Shown one piece after another: positions 46,258 through 55,243 of a stretch of 64,000 nucleotides of DNA. The DNA lies in NCBI GenBank assembly GCA_007376295.1, contig VMGB01000001.1, forward strand, positions 413,969 through 477,968, in the 5' to 3' direction. Within the stretch, counting starts at the first letter, position 1, and every line of letters begins with the position of its first letter. The position numbers and the translations under genes are program-made. The notes under the pieces were generated by a model. It searched no databases, was not told where the DNA came from, and was given only the letters and a program-made list of their open reading frames with translations. The DNA is from Parcubacteria group bacterium Gr01-1014_13 (GTDB taxonomy: Bacteria; Patescibacteriota; Patescibacteriia; Magasanikbacterales; GWA2-37-8).

Positions 46258-47415
46258 TTATTCAGTTACAACTACACTGCCTTGCATGGAACCATGATAT
46301 TCACAGAGGTAAGAAAAAGTTCCAACAGAAGTAAATGTGTGGCTATAGGTTGCACCTGGCGCCATGTTTCCACTATTAAATGAGCCGTCAGCTGCTGTTA
46401 CTGTGTGAGGAGAGCTATCGTTATTTGTCCAGGTAACAGTGCCGCCTTTGGAAACCGATACGCTAACTGGTTGAAAAGCAAAACCGGCAATTTTTGCAGA
46501 GACTTGAAGAACTTTGACTTTTTCTTCTATTTTTTCTTCCTCCTCAACTTTTACCTTAGCAGGCTCTTCTATTTTTACTTTAGCTTTTTCTTCTTTTACT
46601 TTTTTAACTTTAAGAGTTGTGGTTGGGGTGGCAGGTTTAGGGGGTTTGGCTGCGGCCAAAGCAGCCCTCAGGTCTTTAGTAGCTTTTTCTACAGCTTTTT
46701 TAAAATCAGCTCGTGCTTTGGTCAAAGCCGCCTTGCGGGCTGCGGTTAAAGTTTTTAGGTTCGCAGTAAGTTTTTCTACTGCCTTGCGATCAGTGGCAAA
46801 CTTTTCACGAGCTGCTTTTACAGACGCTTGAAAAGTAGCACGAGCAGTTGTTGGAGCAATTCCACCAGCACAATCGGCCTTAGCTTTTGCTTCGGCGTTT
46901 TTTAAGGCTGTTTGAAAAGCGGTCGCGGCAGATTGCATGCCGACTTTACGAGCTGCAATAGCGGCATCTACACCACTACGAAAAGAAGTGCGGGTAGAAT
47001 CAAAGGCGGCTTTGCGCGCACTAACTGCGGCAGTCATAGCTGCTTGAAACGCATCAAGAGCTTTTTTTTGAGCATCGTTTTTGGCTTTACTCTGCATTTT
47101 AGCAAAGCTGTCGGCAAGTTTTTTGTCTGCGTCAGCTTTTTGTTGAGTTAATTTTTCATCACGATCAGAACGAGTTTTTTCTAATTTAGCAGCTCTGGTA
47201 CCGGCCAGTTCGTCTAATTTTTTAGCCTTATCGCCCATTTCTCTATCTAGTTTTGTAGAAGAATTTTCCAAACGAGTACAAAAATTTTCCGCTGGTTTTT
47301 TTGGCGTAGAAGTTCTGGTAGATGTTGTTTCAGCTAAAACCGGCAATGCCACTGTATTAGCAAGCATTGCTACAGACATGGCAAAACCAATTACTTTTTT
47401 AGAAATCTGTTGCAT
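46258..47415 (-). CDS. secreted Ala/Lys-rich repeat protein with C-terminal cupredoxin (plastocyanin/azurin-like) domain
   Basis: 385 aa; signal peptide, ~250 aa of low-complexity A/K/T coiled-coil-like repeats, and a C-terminal HTVT...FSYLCEYHGSMQGSVVV (His, Cys, His, Met type-1 copper ligands). Confidence 0.55.
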   Translation of the reverse strand: MQQISKKVIGFAMSVAMLANTVALPVLAETTSTRTSTPKKPAENFCTRLENSSTKLDREMGDKAKKLDELAGTRAAKLEKTRSDRDEKLTQQKADADKKLADSFAKMQSKAKNDAQKKALDAFQAAMTAAVSARKAAFDSTRTSFRSGVDAAIAARKVGMQSAATAFQTALKNAEAKAKADCAGGIAPTTARATFQASVKAAREKFATDRKAVEKLTANLKTLTAARKAALTKARADFKKAVEKATKDLRAALAAAKPPKPATPTTTLKVKKVKEEKAKVKIEEPAKVKVEEEEKIEEKVKVLQVSAKIAGFAFQPVSVSVSKGGTVTWTNNDSSPHTVTAADGSFNSGNMAPGATYSHTFTSVGTFSYLCEYHGSMQGSVVVTE

Positions 47416-47710
47416 AAGTATTATTTAAATTATTTAAAGCTGCGTTATCTGAAGTTACCATGGCACTATCCTTTTCTTCTTCAGCCTCGGCAGGCGGCTC
47501 GGTATTGGCAATTTTCACTGCAGCATTAATATCAGCATCTGTGAGCGGTGGGGAATTTAAATCATACCATTTTCCTCCGAGAACCTGGTTTTGTTCGGCA
47601 GTTTCTGCGGCTGGAGCTGGAACTGTAGTAGGATTTTTAAACTTAGCCACTGCTCCGACCACGATAGCAAGGGCGACAACAGGCAAAACTATTTTCCAAG
47701 TTGAAGACAT
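47399..47710 (-). CDS. small secreted/membrane hypothetical protein
   Basis: 103 aa; N-terminal TM/signal segment followed by an acidic tail. Confidence 0.35.
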   Translation of the reverse strand: MSSTWKIVLPVVALAIVVGAVAKFKNPTTVPAPAAETAEQNQVLGGKWYDLNSPPLTDADINAAVKIANTEPPAEAEEEKDSAMVTSDNAALNNLNNTYATDF

Positions 47711-48074
47711 AAAATTTTATTAATTAAACTATTTGATAATATTATATAACTAAAGCTGTATATCAGTAAATATTTTTATCAACAAGCATGCAGTACACGT
47801 ATGTATTACGGCCGATTGTGCCGCATACTATCTAGCGCCCAAGTGTACTCTATGACCAAAACAGGTATCCACTGCGCTTCTTTATGAATAATAAACATGG
47901 CAGTGCCGAAAACTAGTGCCGCGGTATTGATAATAAAAAAAGCAATATCAAAACCTTGCTCATGTCGAGAGACTTCTTCATTATTGGTTATATACAAAAA
48001 CCATTTGCGTAAACTCATACATTAACTATACCATCAAACGGTTTTATGCGCAAAATATGTTTTGCCAATTTTGG

Positions 48075-49427
48075 TTAGTGCAAAATAAAGACGCTGGCGA
48101 TGGAAAAATAAATTGTAATTCCGGTAACATCTACAAAGGTGGCCACAAACGGACTGCTGGCATATGCCGGATCAATACCTAATTTTTTGAAAATAATCGG
48201 AAGCATTGAACCAACGAGCGTTCCCCAAAGACAAATGCTGGCGACGGACAAACCAATAACCAACCCAATAGGCAGACGCTCAGCTGGCCCAAGAATATGT
48301 TGCGGAGTTAAATAAGCGCGTAAAAAACCGATAAGGCCCAGCGCCACACCAAGCGCTATGCCCATAAAAAGTTCGTGGCGAAAAACCCGCCACCAATCCC
48401 GGGCGGTGATATGCCCTAGGGCCATCGCGCGGGTGATAATTGTGGCCGCTTGGGACCCGCTGTTTCCGCCAGTCGATATAGCTAGCGGCACAAATAATGC
48501 CAACGCGGTGACAGCAGCGATAGATGATTCAAATCTAGACAAGGCGGTGAAAGTAAAAAGTTCCGCCACAAAAAGAATAGAAAGCCAACCCACTCTTTTT
48601 TTCCAAATGGTAAAAAATTTACTCTCCAAATAACTGGCATCGATTCGACCTACCGCGCCCATGCGGTAGAGATCTTCGCTGGCCTCTACTCGCGCGATGC
48701 GCAATATATCGTTCATATGAATAATGCCGAGAATTTTTTGATTTTCATCAATAACAGAAATGATATCGCTGTTTTCCTTACCCATCAGTTCAAGCACCTC
48801 TTCTCTATCAGCAGAATGCAAAATTGTCGGCACTTCTCGCGACACCCGCGCGACTTCAATATTATTTGGAGAAGTAACGAGCGTGCGGGCTGGCGCCCAA
48901 CGCACACCTTCTTTAGCCTGAAAAATCACTGTTGGCACTCGCTTGTGTTCCTTCGTATACTTTTGAACTGTATCAATAACGTCGTTAATTTTAGTTTCGG
49001 GCGGCAATTCAAGAAAATTTAAGTCCATCAAACCGCCTGCGGTTTCCGGGCCAAATTTTAACAACTTTTCAATGCGTAGGCGTTTGTCTTGATGAACATG
49101 TTGCAAAATATCATTATGACGCACGCTTGGCAGCTGCTGTAAAATATCCGTCGCATTGTCTTCATCTAAAAAATAAAAAAATCTAGCAAGAGCTAAATCT
49201 GATAATTGAGAAAAAATAAGTTCGCGAGCAGTATCTGAAAAAAACATGGCTGCGGTGGCCTGCTTCTCCGGAGGCAGCATCGCAAAAATTTCCAACTCTC
49301 TGCCGGAAAATTCACTGATAGCATTCGCAATTGTACGGGCATCTTCCTGCTCCAAAATTTGTTGCAATTCTGGGCGGTTATTTTCCCGCAAAAGGATTTC
49401 GATGCGTTGAACAAGCGCTTGATCCAT
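48075..49427 (-). CDS. mgtE: magnesium transporter MgtE
   Basis: 450 aa; MgtE_N, tandem CBS and a C-terminal 5-TM MgtE channel domain (PxxVxxSPFVATFVDVTG...). An extended -10 promoter TGGTATAAT lies at ~49485-49496 on the minus strand. Confidence 0.8.
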   Translation of the reverse strand: MDQALVQRIEILLRENNRPELQQILEQEDARTIANAISEFSGRELEIFAMLPPEKQATAAMFFSDTARELIFSQLSDLALARFFYFLDEDNATDILQQLPSVRHNDILQHVHQDKRLRIEKLLKFGPETAGGLMDLNFLELPPETKINDVIDTVQKYTKEHKRVPTVIFQAKEGVRWAPARTLVTSPNNIEVARVSREVPTILHSADREEVLELMGKENSDIISVIDENQKILGIIHMNDILRIARVEASEDLYRMGAVGRIDASYLESKFFTIWKKRVGWLSILFVAELFTFTALSRFESSIAAVTALALFVPLAISTGGNSGSQAATIITRAMALGHITARDWWRVFRHELFMGIALGVALGLIGFLRAYLTPQHILGPAERLPIGLVIGLSVASICLWGTLVGSMLPIIFKKLGIDPAYASSPFVATFVDVTGITIYFSIASVFILH

Positions 49428-49562
49428 ATAAAAATTTTGGCAGATTTCCTAGCGCTCTGTAGATTACGTCTTTACCGAACTAGCTAAATTATACCAGGAG
49501 ATTAAATTAAGTCCAGCCAAGATTGATAAAGTAACATTTACAGCGCGGCTATAGAGGAAAAA

Positions 49563-52538
49563 TTAGATTTGGCTTTTAGTTGAAATTTGATATTTCTTCT
49601 TTCGTTTTTCAAACGCCCTTTCACCGCCCTCAAGTATATTACATACCTGTTCGATAATGCCGTCCTCAAATTGTTCTACCGGCACGTTAGGAATATGTTT
49701 TGCTTGATCTTCAAGAGAGCCTGAACTGTATTCAAGACGCGGGATGCGCTTGCCGTTGTAATTAGCAACAATAATCTGTTCGGCGTCTGTATTTACCACA
49801 AGATTTGGATTATGCGTAACCATGATAATTTGCCTATACTGCTTTCTGTCACGGAAATAATTAATCAAATCTTTGTAAACAGAAAGGTTGTCCAGATTTT
49901 CTTCTGGTTGGTCAATAATTAACGGCCTGTAGTCGCCCTTATCAATCTCTAAAAAGAGCATGAGCAGAATAATACCTTTTTGACCAGGTGATAGAACGTA
50001 CAAATCCGTATCATCAAATTGAAGGGATGAAACAATTTCAAAATTAGTTGGGTCGAAAAGCCAATTATAGAAATCTTCGATACTATAATTCTCTCTTAGC
50101 TGCTCTTCGATTGAAATATTCTCCCCTTCAAACACCGTAAAACTGCGTAATATTTTAGCAAGCTCAGTTTCAAGTACCGTGTTGCTAAAATTATTACGAG
50201 CACATTCATCCCACATAACAGTGAGCGCTGTTTTAAGACTGCTGGTCTCCCTAAAATTTCCTTTACGTGTACGATCAATAATATCTAGGCCGCTCTTGCA
50301 ATGAGGATCCAGCCGGTAATTTATCTGGGCTTCAAAGACAAGTTTTTTATCCGTGTCTGTACCAGCCAAAAGTGATTCTTGGAGTGGTTTATACAACACT
50401 TCCATCTGCACTTTTTCTTCACGCAACAAACCAAAATACGAGCAATAAAAAACCATTCTTTCCTTTTCCAGTCGTTCCTTATCAGGTGCTGATTCGGTTT
50501 TTATTTTAGCCAATTCATTTTGCAATGCCTTAATTGATCCATCAAGCGCAAGCGCAGTTTTCTTTTGTTGTTGATATTTGATTTTGGTTGTCTCGAATGC
50601 TCTGGTTTCTTTTTGTTTTTCTTCAATTCCTCTGTTCAGTGCTTGAAGATTATCAAACACCAGATCCGTAACGGCTACGGCCAGCAAAGCCGCCACATCA
50701 GCCTTCGCACCGTCTTTTAATGTTTGAAGTTTGGCGGCAATTTCATTTTTATTCTGATCAAGTACGGTTTTAATACCGGCTTCGTCCATGCTCACGTCAA
50801 AAATTGAAGTTTCGGAAATTCCGAGGACCGACAAAAGCGCGCCGATTTCTTCACGGTACTCTTTGACCTGGGTCTTGAACACTTTAACTTTTGTTTCAAC
50901 CTGTCCAATTTTATTTAATCGTGATTGAAGTTCAATTATTTTAGTTTCAAATTTTTTCTTTAATTCAGAGAGAGCCACCAATTCTTCTTGGCCTATTTTA
51001 TCTTCGGCAGGAAGCTCTGGCAAACTGTTATTTAAACGATCAAATTCTCTTTTCTTTTCATCAAGCATTTTTTCTTTTTCCGGCAACCCCGCAAGTACAG
51101 CAGACAGGTTGCTTAGTTTTTGGTTAATGTCGCGAATCTTTTTTATCACCTGTTCCTTTTCATACTGAAAACCGCTCAACACTCGCACTCTCAACTCATC
51201 AAAATCAGATGCACCCATGCGCTCTGTTTCATCCAGAGCTTGAAAAATAACATTTTCTATTTGCTTTTGTAATTTCTCGCTATTTTTGTGTGAGCAAAGA
51301 TCTTCAACAACACCTTGTGGCAAATATCGAACAAGGCCTTGATCCTCTGAAAATTCCCCAACTTTAAATTCGGTGGTGGCGCCGTCGGCCCAAACAATCG
51401 ATATTTTTGTACCTTTGATCGGGTTTTTATGCTTGATAGCTTTCTTCAAGAAAGCACCATCAGTTTCGTCCTCACTACCGGCGCCATAAGCAATCGCTTC
51501 TGCCAAAGCAGATTTTCCAGAGCCGCGACCTCCGATTAGAGTAGCTAAATCACGATTTAATTCAAGCTCAAAGTTTTCCGGAAACCATCCATTAGAAGAA
51601 GGGATAGAAATTCGTGAGATGACTTTGTGGTCAGGTTTATAATTAGGTGGTGTGGCGCCAATAAATACACGAGCTTCTGGCTCATTTAAAACTTGCTTCA
51701 AGCCAGCAAAAGAAGGATCCGCTTTTATCCAAAGCATGGTCTGGCCCACACGATCTATCTCATGAGCATCTGACGAGTGAAGGACTAAGCTATTTAATTT
51801 GTTAGCACTGAGGTCTTTACGATTTTCTTCAATCTTTGCTGGATTGTCTAAATTTGTTAGAGAAAAATTTGCAGAATTGATGAGCGTACGTTTTTCAGCG
51901 GCCGACTGATCCCATCTGGACTGGTCCCATTCCGAATATCCAATTGCCGTAACAAACCGACCCTTAAAACAATTTTTCTCTAGTAATTTCTCAATGTCTG
52001 CGCGTTTATATGTAATATTGTCAAAACCAACCTCGAGATCTGGCTTGCTTTGGATGGTATTACCGGCTGGAGCGGCCGCCTTTATTTGCTTCCCGAGTTC
52101 TTCAAGCGACCGTACCGTTGGTGTTTGTTGCCAAACCGTACCATCCTGAATTTTATAGCCTGTGGACAAACAATTAAGAAGTTGGTCGCGGATATCTTGG
52201 ACTGTAACTGACTCATCAAATATTACATGAAAATTGTGACGTTTGGTGTTATGTGCCGTACCACTAAAAGTGTCCAAACGAAATTCAATGTTTGGAATAA
52301 TTAACTCTATATTAGGTATCTCATTTTTCCGTGTTAGTAAATATTCGTAACCATCACAAAATAAGTAATCAGTTACAGCTATTGCTTTGATCTCTGGTGG
52401 TAATGAAGCAAGCTTCTCAACAAAGCTATTCCATACCGCTTCTGTAGGACCACCGTAACTCTGGATAATTGATTTTGGCGTATGAACGTGCAGGTCCCAT
52501 TTCCTCCACTCTGAGCCGCGCGGATAAAGATGTGTCAT
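49563..52538 (-). CDS. PHP-domain phosphoesterase fused to Rad50/SbcC/SMC-like ABC ATPase with long coiled-coil insert (candidate defence or DNA-processing nuclease-ATPase)
   Basis: 991 aa. The N-terminus has WDLHVHTPKS plus the downstream LHSSDAHEIDRVG (PHP HxH...H...DxH metal site). Walker A GGRGSGKSALAEAI lies at ~aa 335. A ~450-aa heptad-rich region follows. The C-terminus has Walker B/D-loop PLIIDQPEENLDN and H-loop MVTHNPN. Confidence 0.65.
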   Translation of the reverse strand: MTHLYPRGSEWRKWDLHVHTPKSIIQSYGGPTEAVWNSFVEKLASLPPEIKAIAVTDYLFCDGYEYLLTRKNEIPNIELIIPNIEFRLDTFSGTAHNTKRHNFHVIFDESVTVQDIRDQLLNCLSTGYKIQDGTVWQQTPTVRSLEELGKQIKAAAPAGNTIQSKPDLEVGFDNITYKRADIEKLLEKNCFKGRFVTAIGYSEWDQSRWDQSAAEKRTLINSANFSLTNLDNPAKIEENRKDLSANKLNSLVLHSSDAHEIDRVGQTMLWIKADPSFAGLKQVLNEPEARVFIGATPPNYKPDHKVISRISIPSSNGWFPENFELELNRDLATLIGGRGSGKSALAEAIAYGAGSEDETDGAFLKKAIKHKNPIKGTKISIVWADGATTEFKVGEFSEDQGLVRYLPQGVVEDLCSHKNSEKLQKQIENVIFQALDETERMGASDFDELRVRVLSGFQYEKEQVIKKIRDINQKLSNLSAVLAGLPEKEKMLDEKKREFDRLNNSLPELPAEDKIGQEELVALSELKKKFETKIIELQSRLNKIGQVETKVKVFKTQVKEYREEIGALLSVLGISETSIFDVSMDEAGIKTVLDQNKNEIAAKLQTLKDGAKADVAALLAVAVTDLVFDNLQALNRGIEEKQKETRAFETTKIKYQQQKKTALALDGSIKALQNELAKIKTESAPDKERLEKERMVFYCSYFGLLREEKVQMEVLYKPLQESLLAGTDTDKKLVFEAQINYRLDPHCKSGLDIIDRTRKGNFRETSSLKTALTVMWDECARNNFSNTVLETELAKILRSFTVFEGENISIEEQLRENYSIEDFYNWLFDPTNFEIVSSLQFDDTDLYVLSPGQKGIILLMLFLEIDKGDYRPLIIDQPEENLDNLSVYKDLINYFRDRKQYRQIIMVTHNPNLVVNTDAEQIIVANYNGKRIPRLEYSSGSLEDQAKHIPNVPVEQFEDGIIEQVCNILEGGERAFEKRKKKYQISTKSQI

Positions 52539-52639
52539 AGATATATAAATTTACGCGTATAGCGTAGCTTAATCGGAATAAAATGACAAGCGATAATCTT
52601 GATTTACAAATCTCTCTATAGTACAATGTATATACAATT

Positions 52640-52795
52640 TATATAACGACCTAAACCCTGCGCAAGCAGGGCATGGTCAAAAAACCAACCAAGGTAGTAA
52701 GCTCTCCGTCCAGAGCACCTTGGTTGGTCGTGGGTCGAAAGATCCGCGGGTGGCGCAAGCCATCGCTGGCGGGGAGCTTTTTGTTTTTAAAATTA
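52640..52795. other. GC-rich structured element (candidate sRNA or cis-regulatory RNA) in the intergenic region between the PHP-ATPase gene and the plus-strand operon
   Basis: The background is AT-rich, but this stretch has a hairpin CCCTGCGCAAGCAGGG (52654-52669), a long stem AACCAACCAAGGT...ACCTTGGTTGG (52685-52735), and the GC-rich CCGCGGGTGGCGCAAGCCATCGCTGGCGGGGAGC before a T-run ending 5 nt before the ATG at 52800. Confidence 0.3.
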
Positions 52796-52799
52796 AATT

Positions 52800-53294
52800 A
52801 TGAACGATCATCTAATTAACGGCTTTGAACACAATTTGATTAAGGGCAAGATAGCCGAAACTATTTTTGAATTAATGTTCCAAGAATCTAAAAAGTTTTC
52901 TGTATTTCACTTTGGCTATGAGTACACCGCCGAATACCTAGCACAATATAATTTAGCATTACCAAAGGAGGTGCTTAGCAATATCCGCCACTCACCTGAT
53001 TTTATTATCGTCACAGAAAATAAAAAGGGTGCTTATTTAGTTGAGGTTAAATACAGAACGCACATTGATAACCAAGAAATGATAGATACAGCTAGACGAC
53101 TTAAGGAACGATGGAACCCATCATATATTTTTGTTATATCTAACGACGGCTTTTATTTTACTCCGGCTAATACCATTATTAACAAAGGTAAGATGGAAAA
53201 ATTAGACAGAAAATGGATCAATAGCGGGCTTCAAACCAAATACTTTAAACTGGTAGAAGATTATCTCTGCCACCACAAGGACAAAAATCTATAA
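52800..53294 (+). CDS. small PD-(D/E)xK nuclease-fold protein (restriction-endonuclease-like), hypothetical
   Basis: 164 aa; motif order E(...IAETIFE)...PDFIIV...AYLVEVKYR fits the D-x(n)-(D/E)xK catalytic core. Confidence 0.4.
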   Translation: MNDHLINGFEHNLIKGKIAETIFELMFQESKKFSVFHFGYEYTAEYLAQYNLALPKEVLSNIRHSPDFIIVTENKKGAYLVEVKYRTHIDNQEMIDTARRLKERWNPSYIFVISNDGFYFTPANTIINKGKMEKLDRKWINSGLQTKYFKLVEDYLCHHKDKNL

Positions 53295-53309
53295 CCAACC
53301 TTCATACCA

Positions 53310-54362
53310 TTGACTCCTTACCTATTTTACCCATATAGTAGTGGCTCTATGGACAAAATAGATCTCAAAAAATATTACATTGAGGAGCATATATTTGAGA
53401 GTTTTTCAGAAAACTCTAGTTTTTTAATTAGCCTTGCCATCTCTCTTTTAAGCGACCGGCTTACAGACCTAGCTTCTTCGGGTTATAAGAAAGGAGAAAA
53501 ATATATACATGATTATAGAAAAGAATTCATACCTGACATGGTTTTTGGAGAACCCTCGCCCACTGATTATCATTTTATAATAATTTTAGATAGAAAATTA
53601 CCTTTAAAAATTAAAGATAACGGAAAAACAAAACTTGCTTTAATGCGGTTACTGAATAACCCTGATTTTATATTAGATATAAATTGGGATCACAGTCGTC
53701 TGGTACGTTTAAAACAAGCTGCAAACGAACCCAAAACAAAAAAACAGATTGATTGGATTCTTAATGAGTTTGTTTATTGTGACGATATCCCCCAATTGCA
53801 AAAAGATGTACAAAAACATTTAAAACGCAACGAGTTGCCAATGATAGATTATATTTTAGAAATAATGGTAATCCAACCAATGATCCAGGAATTATCTAAA
53901 AAATATAAAATACCTACAGAACAAAAACACTTTTTAGAAAGCATTATAGAATACGGAATTGATCATGTCATACAAAATGTATCAAATATAAAAACCGGCT
54001 CATTATCCTATCTTGATTTTTACGGTGGAGTCGTATATTTGCTTAAACCCCACGACGAACGAATCGCTCCACAAATAAAATCGGTTTGGGCCAGCGAAAC
54101 AAACGGGCAACATCTCAAACGCACCGAATCCATTGTTAAATACTTTCAAAAAAAATATCTTCCAATAACCCCATCAACGCCAGCGAATGACACAGATTTA
54201 GATAAGCATTTTTTATTATTTAAACTTGATCGAAATTCAAAATTTAACGATGAAAAAAAGGCGCGGATTATTTTTAATATTCCTGACAATAAACCCTGTG
54301 GAAAAGCTCAGACCAACAAAATTGCCTCAATGAGGCGTAATTTGAAACCCTACTTAAAATAA
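53310..54362 (+). CDS. hypothetical protein
   Basis: 350 aa, AT-rich codon usage, no recognisable motif; same operon as the flanking genes. Confidence 0.4.
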   Translation: MTPYLFYPYSSGSMDKIDLKKYYIEEHIFESFSENSSFLISLAISLLSDRLTDLASSGYKKGEKYIHDYRKEFIPDMVFGEPSPTDYHFIIILDRKLPLKIKDNGKTKLALMRLLNNPDFILDINWDHSRLVRLKQAANEPKTKKQIDWILNEFVYCDDIPQLQKDVQKHLKRNELPMIDYILEIMVIQPMIQELSKKYKIPTEQKHFLESIIEYGIDHVIQNVSNIKTGSLSYLDFYGGVVYLLKPHDERIAPQIKSVWASETNGQHLKRTESIVKYFQKKYLPITPSTPANDTDLDKHFLLFKLDRNSKFNDEKKARIIFNIPDNKPCGKAQTNKIASMRRNLKPYLK

Positions 54363-54467
54363 ATGATATAAAGTAATTTTTTGTATCATACTTTTGGCTT
54401 TACAGAGCCATTTTTTTATTTAAAACTGCATATGTAGCTACACAGTTTAATTATTAACTTAAATTTT

Positions 54468-54824
54468 ATGCCCAACGACAAGTTGGAGAATTACGGCCTT
54501 AACATTAAAGATATCGAGGTCAAAACAAAAATCATTGAGAACCAGTCTCTCAAAGCAATTATCGGTTTAAATTTCGGCCCTTTTACAGTAAAGGGATTCA
54601 GAATTAGTAAATCAAAATACGTACCGGATAGCGGGGAAAAAACTAAAAATGGAGAATTATGGATCGTCCCTCCATCGTACAAGGACAGTGGCGGCAGATA
54701 CCACCCGACCTTCTTCATACCACATAAAGAGCTCTGGCAAGAACTCAAAGATCATATCATGACAGAATATGAAAAAGCGGTGGATGCACACTACAGAAAA
54801 CGACTTAATATGCCCGAATTCTAA
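54468..54824 (+). CDS. SpoVG-like nucleic-acid-binding protein
   Basis: 118 aa; aligns with SpoVG (I.D(I/V)..k....lkAi....f.v.g.r...........ELW(I/F)V(P/A)PS...(D/S)G....P.F...(K/R)....I...I..EY) by recollection of B. subtilis SpoVG. Confidence 0.4.
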   Translation: MPNDKLENYGLNIKDIEVKTKIIENQSLKAIIGLNFGPFTVKGFRISKSKYVPDSGEKTKNGELWIVPPSYKDSGGRYHPTFFIPHKELWQELKDHIMTEYEKAVDAHYRKRLNMPEF

Positions 54825-54829
54825 AACTT

Positions 54830-54960
54830 ATAGCTCTACATAGTTAATTATATATAGTTAACAATATATAATAACTTAATTTAATTAATAATATTACATT
54901 ATAGTTGTTCTATTAAGTAAAAGTTGACTATATGGGGCTCTATTATTCTATTCGGTTCAA
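54830..54960. repeat. extremely AT-rich region with inverted repeats (TAGTTAAttatatataGTTAACA) upstream of the recombinase gene; candidate recombination (att-like) site
   Basis: ~90% A+T over 130 bp; a 7-bp inverted repeat is centred at ~54856; the position is analogous to attP placement next to serine integrase genes. Confidence 0.3.
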
Positions 54961-55243
54961 CCATTATCCTCGCCCTGTGGCGGCATCTGTGATGCCGTCC
55001 ATGGGCGGATATAATATTGCACTTAACTTTACTATTACATTATTTGGTTCGTTTCTATGTTGGAAAACAATAAAGGACAATCTGTTTTTTCCAATGAGGT
55101 GATCGTAAACTTCACTGTCTTTTATAATAGTCTCCTCACGGTTAGAAATAGATTGCTTAGGGAAGGATACAGCATAGAGAATGGTAAAATTTTTAAGCCC
55201 GCTGGAAATTTTGATAAGATATGTTATACTCCTGATAAGTATG

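Noticed and set aside
49428-49562. M-box (Mg2+) riboswitch upstream of mgtE
   Set aside because: The intergenic space is only ~135 bp. An extended -10 promoter (TGGTATAAT) leaves a leader of only ~55 nt, too short for the ~160-nt M-box, and no M-box-like helices are evident.
55181-55243. Recombinase start at the first ATG (MVKFLSPLEILIRYV...)
   Set aside because: It would add a hydrophobic 20-aa N-terminal extension atypical for serine recombinases. Met at 55244 places the catalytic Ser at residue 17, the usual position. Both ATGs have weak RBSs, so this is uncertain.
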